A stretch of DNA of 63,968 nucleotides, the filler included, from Thermoplasmatota archaeon (GTDB lineage Archaea; Thermoplasmatota; E2; JACPAO01; JAHFTW01): NCBI GenBank assembly GCA_041623215.1. It is 5 parts of 5 records of this genome, joined end to end, with 100 filler letters (N's around TTAATTAATTAA, not from the genome) between each part and the next. Parts side by side here need not be neighbours in the genome. Positions count along the whole stretch, not along the records: positions 46,698 to 61,655 come from JBFJXH010000036.1; positions 61,756 to 63,968 come from JBFJXH010000204.1; 3 more parts are not named here. One strand, 5' to 3'. Positions 57,442-63,968 of the stretch are shown in pieces. The notes under the pieces are model-generated. The model was given only the letters and a program-made list of their open reading frames with translations. It was not told where the DNA came from and did not search any database. The position numbers and the translations under genes are program-made. Positions within the stretch are counted from its first letter, which is position 1, and each line of letters starts with the position of its first letter.

Positions 57442-58604
57442 TGGCATCTCCAAGTTCGACTGCATCCGCTGCCATTGACTGGCCCATCAAGGGACACGCC
57501 GACTGGCAAAGTGCTCGCGTGCCCGAGCTGGCGCGGATTGGCCATGTTGGAATCACGACGCCTGGGCGGCCAGGGGACTGGCCTGCACCCACCTGGGGCA
57601 GCACCATCCAATGTGTTGACGGCCATTTCCACCATGCCGAGACGTTGCCCGCCGGAGTCACGCTGACCAAAGGCGTCGACGGCACTGACGCTGAACTCGG
57701 CCTAACAGCCGGCGCGACAAAGGACCCTTTTGCTGCTGCAGCCCAACAAGCTGGCAACGGCTTCACGCTGACCATCGCAGAGGGCACCAAAACCGCCCTC
57801 CACGTTGCCTGGCTTCAATCCGGCCAAGCGGGGGCTATGGGGCACGGGCACGTGGCGGTGCGGGTCGGTGCAGGGGCCACGGTGACGCTCATTGAAGCGT
57901 TCCACGGCAACCACGATGCCAATCAGGCGTCGAACAACTTGACGACGCTGGCCGTCGCATCGGGGGCCATTGTGCACCACGTTCGCCTGCAGGATGAATC
58001 GCGTTCTGCCTACCATGTGCACACGGTGTTTGCGACGCAGGAGCGCGACAGTCGCCTCACCACCCACAGCCTCGACTTGGGGGCCACGTGGAGTCGTTTT
58101 ACGCTTCGAACCCGCCTGGCAGCCGAGGGTGCGCATACCACCATCCGCGGTTTGCAGGTAGCCGGTCGAAACCAACATCATGACGCCTGGACCCGGGTTG
58201 ACCACGCCGCTGCGCATACGACCAGCCTGGAGCTAGTGAAGGGGGTCTTGGCGGCCAACGGGCACACCGGTTTCACGGGCAATCTTGTGGTCCGCCCGGG
58301 GTCCTCCGGCGTCAGCAGCGACCAGCAGAATCGCAACCTGTTGTTGTCTCGCGAAGCCCGGGTGGATACCACGCCGCAACTGGAGATTCACAACGACGAT
58401 GTGCAATGCGCACACGGCAGCACGGTCGGCCAACTGGATGATGACGCCCTGTTCTTCCTTCGTGCCCGAGGGATTCCAATCGACGCGGCCCGGGTCATGT
58501 TGACTCGCGCCTTTGCAGACGAAGCCTTGGCGGGTCTGCCAAATGACATCCGTGATCATGTCCGGGAGCGGCTCATGGTTTGGTTCGCGAGGCGAGACCT
58601 ATGA
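57438..58604 (+). CDS. sufD: SufD
   Basis: PQLEIHNDDVQCAHGSTVG, FFLRARGI. Confidence 0.92.
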   Translation: MMASPSSTASAAIDWPIKGHADWQSARVPELARIGHVGITTPGRPGDWPAPTWGSTIQCVDGHFHHAETLPAGVTLTKGVDGTDAELGLTAGATKDPFAAAAQQAGNGFTLTIAEGTKTALHVAWLQSGQAGAMGHGHVAVRVGAGATVTLIEAFHGNHDANQASNNLTTLAVASGAIVHHVRLQDESRSAYHVHTVFATQERDSRLTTHSLDLGATWSRFTLRTRLAAEGAHTTIRGLQVAGRNQHHDAWTRVDHAAAHTTSLELVKGVLAANGHTGFTGNLVVRPGSSGVSSDQQNRNLLLSREARVDTTPQLEIHNDDVQCAHGSTVGQLDDDALFFLRARGIPIDAARVMLTRAFADEALAGLPNDIRDHVRERLMVWFARRDL

Positions 58605-59827
58605 GCTTGCCCTTGGATGTGGAGGCCATTCGCAGCCAGTTTCCGGCCTTGCACCAAGAAATTCACGGCAAGAAGCTGGCCTACCTGGACAATGCTGCGA
58701 CGACGCAGAAGCCCCAGGTGGTCATCGATGCGATGCGCCATTACTACGAGCACGACAACAGCAACGTGCATCGCGGCGTCCACGCGTTGTCGGAACGCGC
58801 AACGCGCGACTACGAAGCCGCGCGCGAAGCGGTGCGAAGCTTCGTCGGCGCTCCCTCCACTCGGGGCGTAGTCTTTACTCGCGGAACAACCGAGGCCATC
58901 AACCTCGTTGCACAGGCCTGGGGTCGCGCAAACATTGGTCCAGGAGACGACGTGGTCGTCACAGGACTGGAGCATCACAGCAACATCGTGCCGTGGCAGT
59001 TGCTTGCCCAGGAGACGGGGGCCAACTTGCGCGTCGTTCCGGTGCTGGACGATGGCAGTCTCGACCAGGATGCCTACGCCGACTTGCTGGGGCCAACGAC
59101 CAAGTTGGTGGCCGTGGGGCATGTTAGTAATGCGCTGGGGACGCTCAATCCAGTTCAGGCCATGACGAAACAGGCCCACGATGTTGGCGCGGTCGTACTG
59201 GTTGATGGGGCCCAAGCTGTGCCTCATGTGCCTGTAGATTTCCAGGCGATTGGCTGCGATTTCTATGCTATGTCGGCTCACAAAATGTATGGGCCGACTG
59301 GAATCGGCGCCCTCATCGGACGCGAAGAGGTCCTAGAACGGATGCCCCCCTGGCAGGGTGGCGGGGACATGATTACGCGCGTCACCTTCGAGGGAACGAC
59401 CTACAACGAGTTGCCATTCAAGTTCGAAGCCGGAACGCCCAATATCAGCGGCGCCATTGGCTTTGGTGCGGCCTGCAAGTGGCTGGCCGACATCGGCGTA
59501 GACAACGTTGCCCGCCATGAACACGAATTGCTCCAGCAAGCAACCGACGCGCTGGAGGCGCTGCCGGGGGTTCGCATTCTTGGTACGGCTCCAGGTAAAG
59601 CGGCCGTCGTGAGCTTCACCATGGGCGAGATTCACCCGCACGACATTGGCACACTGCTGGACCACGAAGGCATCGCGATTCGGGCCGGGCACCACTGCGC
59701 GCAGCCAGTCATGGATCGCTTTGGCGTTCCCGCCACCGCACGCGCCTCCTTCGGCGTCTACAACACGCCTGAGGAAGTGGAGCGGCTGGCGGCGGCGGTC
59801 CAAATGGTTCAGGGGGTGTTTGCGTAA
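58601..59827 (+). CDS. sufS: Cysteine desulfurase SufS
   Basis: YLDNAATTQKP, SAHKMYGP, RAGHHCAQP. Confidence 0.96.
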   Translation: MSLPLDVEAIRSQFPALHQEIHGKKLAYLDNAATTQKPQVVIDAMRHYYEHDNSNVHRGVHALSERATRDYEAAREAVRSFVGAPSTRGVVFTRGTTEAINLVAQAWGRANIGPGDDVVVTGLEHHSNIVPWQLLAQETGANLRVVPVLDDGSLDQDAYADLLGPTTKLVAVGHVSNALGTLNPVQAMTKQAHDVGAVVLVDGAQAVPHVPVDFQAIGCDFYAMSAHKMYGPTGIGALIGREEVLERMPPWQGGGDMITRVTFEGTTYNELPFKFEAGTPNISGAIGFGAACKWLADIGVDNVARHEHELLQQATDALEALPGVRILGTAPGKAAVVSFTMGEIHPHDIGTLLDHEGIAIRAGHHCAQPVMDRFGVPATARASFGVYNTPEEVERLAAAVQMVQGVFA

Positions 59828-60267
59828 TGCAAGCGCTGTACCAAGAACTCATCATGGACCACAACAAGTCGCCGCGCAACAAGGGTGATCTGCCCGGCCA
59901 CAATCACGCTGCGGATGGCTTCAATCCACTGTGCGGAGATGCGGTGCGCCTCGAACTGCTTGTCACGGACGGCGTGATTGAGGATGTGCGCTTCTCAGGC
60001 CACGGCTGTGCGATTGACACGGCGAGTGCAAGCATGCTGACGCAAGCCATCAAGGGCAAGCATGTGGACGACGTACGCGTTCTTCGGGAGGCATTCTTGC
60101 ACCTAGTCCTTCGGGACAGCGACGAGGCCCCGGCCGAGGACGAGCTTGGCAAGCTCATGGTATTCGAAGGCGTAGGTGCCTTTCCCGCGCGGGTCAAGTG
60201 TGCCACGTTGCCATGGCGCACGTTGGAGGCAGCCCTGTCCGGTGGCGGCGAGGTGAGCACGGAATGA
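59827..60267 (+). CDS. sufU: SufU
   Basis: NPLCGD, GCAI, RVKCATL. Confidence 0.94.
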   Translation: MQALYQELIMDHNKSPRNKGDLPGHNHAADGFNPLCGDAVRLELLVTDGVIEDVRFSGHGCAIDTASASMLTQAIKGKHVDDVRVLREAFLHLVLRDSDEAPAEDELGKLMVFEGVGAFPARVKCATLPWRTLEAALSGGGEVSTE

Positions 60268-60875
60268 AGCCTAGCCAAGCTCCGGTGCATTTGTCGCGTG
60301 CGGTGAATGCCATTTTGATTCCCGATGGGACCACCTTCACCCTAGACGAAGGAACTGAGGTGCGCATTACGCAAGCGTTGGGTGGGAGCATCACTGTGGC
60401 TGTTGCCTCCGGCACCAAGTTTCGCATCGCAGGCGACGACGCCGATGCGCTTGGCATGGTGCGTGTGGCGGGCACCGATGGCCCCCATGATGAGGCCAAC
60501 TTGGCGCTCGACGAGGCCAGCGTGAAGGCTCGTTGCTGGGACGCCTTGCGCACGGTCCATGACCCGGAAATTCCCATTGATGTCGTTGAACTGGGCCTGG
60601 TCTATGAGGTGGCGCTGACAGCCCGTCCGGGCGGTGGCGGCCCGGCCAAGGCTGGCACGACGGCCGCCGCCGATGCCCTCTTCGACGTGCACGTCCGCAT
60701 GACGCTAACGGCGCCTGGCTGCGGCATGGGTGACGTGCTCCTGGCGGACGCGCGGCGCGCCATTGGCAAGGTTGTCGGGGTTGGCGACGTGGTCGCTGAA
60801 ATCACATTCAACCCTGTGTGGAACCCCAACACCATGATGAGTGAAGCAGCGCGGCTGCAACTGGGATTGCTGTAA
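60264..60875 (+). CDS. sufT: SufT (DUF59/PaaD-like)
   Basis: ITQALGGS, DPEIP, MTLTAPGCGMG, EAARLQLG. Confidence 0.92.
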   Translation: MKPSQAPVHLSRAVNAILIPDGTTFTLDEGTEVRITQALGGSITVAVASGTKFRIAGDDADALGMVRVAGTDGPHDEANLALDEASVKARCWDALRTVHDPEIPIDVVELGLVYEVALTARPGGGGPAKAGTTAAADALFDVHVRMTLTAPGCGMGDVLLADARRAIGKVVGVGDVVAEITFNPVWNPNTMMSEAARLQLGLL

Positions 60876-60953
60876 CGCGGCACGGCGTCGATGGCAACCC
60901 GTGGCCTTGCTGCGGGAAGCCCGTGCTAGGCGCCTTGCCTGTCGCAGCCCCTG

Positions 60954-61655
60954 TTGAGCACCACCCGGAACGGCACAGCCAAATCGGCGCGGGCACCTCG
61001 GCTCTCAGTGACTGCCAACTCGACCCCGTCGGTCTACCAGCGCGCGTTGGCGGCCTACGATCGCATCCCACTCGGATGGAGCATTGGGTTAGCAGTTCTA
61101 CTGGCGGCTGGGCTTCGATTCTGGAACCTGGGGGCGGCCAGTCTCTGGGTCGACGAAATGCACACGCTGCACGTGGCGGACCGACCGGCGCTGGATGTGC
61201 TCAGGTTCCCCGACGAGTCGCCACCACTGAACTACCTCGTCATTCACTTCGCCATCGCAGTTTTTGGCACCACGGAGTGGGGACTTCGCGTCGTGCCGGC
61301 CCTCTTGTCCACGGCCAGCGTTGCTTTGATGGCCCCCATCGCACGCAGGGTGGCCGGCTCGCGAGCGGTCTTGCCGGCCATGCTCATGCTGGCCGTTGCG
61401 CCACTCCATATCCACCTGGGTCGGGAGGCGCGTACCTATCCGCTTGCCGTCCTCTTGGTGCTCGCATCCACCTGGGCTTTGCTTCGCTGGCAGGACGCCC
61501 CCACGCCCCGACGCAGCGTGCTGCACGTGGTGCTACTGTTCCTGCTCATTCATACGCACGTGTTTGGCCTCTTCATCGCCCTGGCGCACGTGTTGACTGC
61601 CGCCTGGTGGGCCTGGCATGACGGCCTTGACCCGCCGCCGACAGCCACCTTGGCG
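60954..61655 (+). CDS. GT-C fold (GT39-like) glycosyltransferase, truncated
   Basis: SLWVDE, PPLNY, EARTY. Confidence 0.8.
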
Positions 61656-61755
61656 NNNNNNNNNNNNNNNNNNNNNNNNNNNNNNNNNNNNNNNNNNNNT
61701 TAATTAATTAANNNNNNNNNNNNNNNNNNNNNNNNNNNNNNNNNNNNNNNNNNNN
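61656..61755. other. Artificial contig linker
   Basis: N run flanking TTAATTAATTAA. Confidence 0.99.
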
Positions 61756-62052
61756 GGGCATCTGGGCCGCAACCCGGCCCGCTACATCCTTGAGACGGCG
61801 CGAGCCCTCCGGCTGCTGCGCAGGCGCCGCCCGATTGCCGTCTTCTCAACCGGCGCCGAAATTGCCATTCCCTATTTTTTGGCAGCTAGAATTCTGGGCA
61901 TACCGCGCATTTACGTCGAATCGGTGGCAAGGATTACCGCCCCCTCCGGGACCACGAAGGCGTTGCAGCGCATCGGCGCCACCATCTTCGTGCCGTGGCC
62001 GGAGCTCGTGGACCAAATACCGGGATCGCGCTACGAAGGAGGATTACTGTGA
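61756..62052 (+). CDS. Alg14/PssD-like protein (5' truncated; absent from the ORF track)
   Basis: STGAEIAIP...IYVESVARI..PS...VPWPEL...YEGGLL*. Confidence 0.85.
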   Translation, partial: GHLGRNPARYILETARALRLLRRRRPIAVFSTGAEIAIPYFLAARILGIPRIYVESVARITAPSGTTKALQRIGATIFVPWPELVDQIPGSRYEGGLL

Positions 62053-62537
62053 TTTTCGTTGCCACCGGGAGCAGCACGTACTTCCCCGGATTTCCACGTC
62101 TGCGAGCCTGGATGGACGCGTGGGCCAAGGACCACCCGGAACCTGTCACCATGCAATTTGGTGCCGACCCCTCGCCCCCCGTGCACGCGACGGGTTTCGA
62201 CTTTGCCACGCTTGAGCAGATGGACGAGCTTACCAAAGAGGCACGCGTCGTCGTCACACACGTTGGCGCGGGCACGCTGCTTCGATGCAAGGCGCTCGGC
62301 ACTCCGGTGATTGTGGTGCCGCGGGACCCCGAGCATGGGGAGGCATTGGACGACCATCAGGAACAACTAGCCAACCGCCTCGACGGGCAAGCATGGATTC
62401 GCGTAGCGCGCGACGAGGCCAGCCTCCACCACGCGTTGGACGATGCAGTGCATGGTCGGCTGGCCAAGCCGCCGAAGCCCGATACGGCCCAACTTGCGGC
62501 GGCCATCGGCGCCGAACTGGACCGGGTGGACCCATGA
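62049..62537 (+). CDS. Alg13/PssE-like glycosyltransferase
   Basis: IFVATG, F.RL, THVGAGT, VVPR....GE..DDHQ. Confidence 0.88.
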   Translation: MIFVATGSSTYFPGFPRLRAWMDAWAKDHPEPVTMQFGADPSPPVHATGFDFATLEQMDELTKEARVVVTHVGAGTLLRCKALGTPVIVVPRDPEHGEALDDHQEQLANRLDGQAWIRVARDEASLHHALDDAVHGRLAKPPKPDTAQLAAAIGAELDRVDP

Positions 62538-63556
62538 CCCAGCGTGACCCGCGGGACACCGGAAGCACGCCCCGGCCACGCGCGGCCATTATCATCGTTA
62601 CGCACAATAGTGAAGCGCACATTGCGGCCTGCTTGGAAGCGGTGCAGCAGGAACTGCTGCCAAGTGACGTGGTGGTGGTCGTTGACAACGGCTCGACGGA
62701 TGGCACCCGTAGCGTGCTGTCGGCGTGGACAGGAATCCACGTTTTGGAACAAGAAAACAAAGGCTTCGGGGCCGGGTGCAATGCAGGGGCCCGACACCCG
62801 ATGGCGGCGGCCTGCGAACTATTGGTGTTCGTGAACCCGGACACCCGTGTGCGACCCGGTTGGTTGCAGGGCCTTGCCACGGAAACGCGGCCCGGAGTTC
62901 TAACCACATCCAAAGTGCTGCTGTCCAGCGACCCCTCCCAAGTCAACGTGTTTGGCCTCGACCTTCATTGGACAGGGATTGGCTACGTTCGGCACTACGG
63001 GACAAACGGCGAAAGCCTCGCCGAGAATGAGCCGGTCACAGGTCTTAGCGGCTCATCGTTTGCCGTTCATCGACAGGACTGGCACCGGCTTGGTGGGTTT
63101 GCACCGTGCTTCTTCCTCTATCACGAAGATACGGACCTTGCATGGCGGGCAGCCCGCATGGGAATGGACCTCGTAGCCGTTGCCGCATCTGAGGTGGACC
63201 ACGCCTACCACGTCACCCTCCACCCGTCCAAACTGCGGCACTTCGTGGCCGGTCGCATCATGTTGCTTCGCCGGCACTACCGGTGGTTTCATTGGGCCAC
63301 CTTGTGGCCGAGCCTCCTTGTGACCGATGTGCTGTTGCTAGCTGCGGCGCTTGGCCAAGGCCGGACGGGCGTTCGTGCCTTTGCCGCCGGCCTCCGGGAC
63401 GGTTGGCGGGCGCGCGTTGCTCCGCCTCGACATTTGGCGGCCTGGCGACTGGTCCATGCTTGCCCTAAGGCCAATTTAGTGGCAGTTGTCCCCACATGGG
63501 CGCGCGGGCCGGCACGCGTCGTGCAAGCGCTCTACCGCATCAATGCCCTTCGGTAG
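62534..63556 (+). CDS. GT2 family glycosyltransferase
   Basis: IIVTHN, VDNGSTDGT, GFGAGCN, NPD, YHEDTD. Confidence 0.9.
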   Translation: MTQRDPRDTGSTPRPRAAIIIVTHNSEAHIAACLEAVQQELLPSDVVVVVDNGSTDGTRSVLSAWTGIHVLEQENKGFGAGCNAGARHPMAAACELLVFVNPDTRVRPGWLQGLATETRPGVLTTSKVLLSSDPSQVNVFGLDLHWTGIGYVRHYGTNGESLAENEPVTGLSGSSFAVHRQDWHRLGGFAPCFFLYHEDTDLAWRAARMGMDLVAVAASEVDHAYHVTLHPSKLRHFVAGRIMLLRRHYRWFHWATLWPSLLVTDVLLLAAALGQGRTGVRAFAAGLRDGWRARVAPPRHLAAWRLVHACPKANLVAVVPTWARGPARVVQALYRINALR

Positions 63557-63968
63557 ACGTCGTCAAGCTGCCGGGCAATCTGGCGCCACGTACGTGTCTC
63601 TAGCACTACCTTGCGCGCCAGCTTGGCCTGGTTGGTTAGTCCCGCATCACTGCGGGCAACCGCCTGCAGGGCGGCACTCAGCCCAGGGACATCGTCGGGC
63701 TCCACCACGGTGCCGAGGCGACCTCCTTCGACCATTTCGACCACGCCGGGCAGGCGGGTGACGACCACAGGCGTGCCGGATGCCATGGCCTCGACAAGCA
63801 CCAGCGGACCATTCTCGGGGCCACGCCGACTCGGCAAAACGAAGGCTTGGGCCGCCCGGTAGTAGGTGGGTAGCGCCTCGTCCGAGACACCTTGGTGAAA
63901 GGTCACCCGCCCCGCTACGTCCAGTTGGTCTGCCAGGCGGGTTAGCTCAGGAATCAGGTCACCTCGAC
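63532..63968 (-). CDS. GT4 family glycosyltransferase (5' end outside window)
   Basis: FVLPS...E..PLVLVEAMASGTPVV. Confidence 0.88.
   Translation of the reverse strand, partial: RGDLIPELTRLADQLDVAGRVTFHQGVSDEALPTYYRAAQAFVLPSRRGPENGPLVLVEAMASGTPVVVTRLPGVVEMVEGGRLGTVVEPDDVPGLSAALQAVARSDAGLTNQAKLARKVVLETRTWRQIARQLDDVYRRALMR

Noticed and set aside
1..63968. Many long antisense or alternate-frame ORFs (e.g. 2800-3627, 11767-12669, 22585-23484, 51634-52746)
   Set aside because: Expected shadows of real genes in high-GC DNA; no recognisable motifs

Overview
High-GC archaeal DNA, most consistent with Thermoplasmatota. Archaeal markers: rpl1-rpl10(P0)-rpl12(P1), eL41, split GMP synthase subunit A, MptA/FolE2, SRP RNA, intron-containing tRNA-Trp, cdrS-ftsZ2. 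The window is five contigs joined by artificial N-TTAATTAATTAA-N linkers (15877-15976, 31448-31547, 46598-46697, 61656-61755), so synteny holds only within a contig. Content is mostly housekeeping: glycolysis, cysteine and sulfur metabolism, Fe-S assembly (IscA, Mrp, bacterial-type sufBCDSUT), preQ0/archaeosine synthesis, cell-surface PKD proteins, lipoproteins and glycosyltransferases, and two MBOAT+SGNH acylation cassettes. No CRISPR array, transposase or prophage was seen. The strongest signals are non-coding: (1) the SRP RNA sits inside a 16-bp stem with a canonical bulge-helix-bulge motif, predicting excision and circularisation by the splicing endonuclease; (2) the C/D guide in the tRNA-Trp intron has a D' guide that matches 23S rRNA helix 69 (C1920 equivalent) better than its own tRNA; (3) a 96-bp in-frame tandem repeat triplicates the 3' end of rpl12; (4) rpl1 has an L1-binding-type leader and appears to start at ATC. 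All family assignments come from motif recognition; no database search was run.
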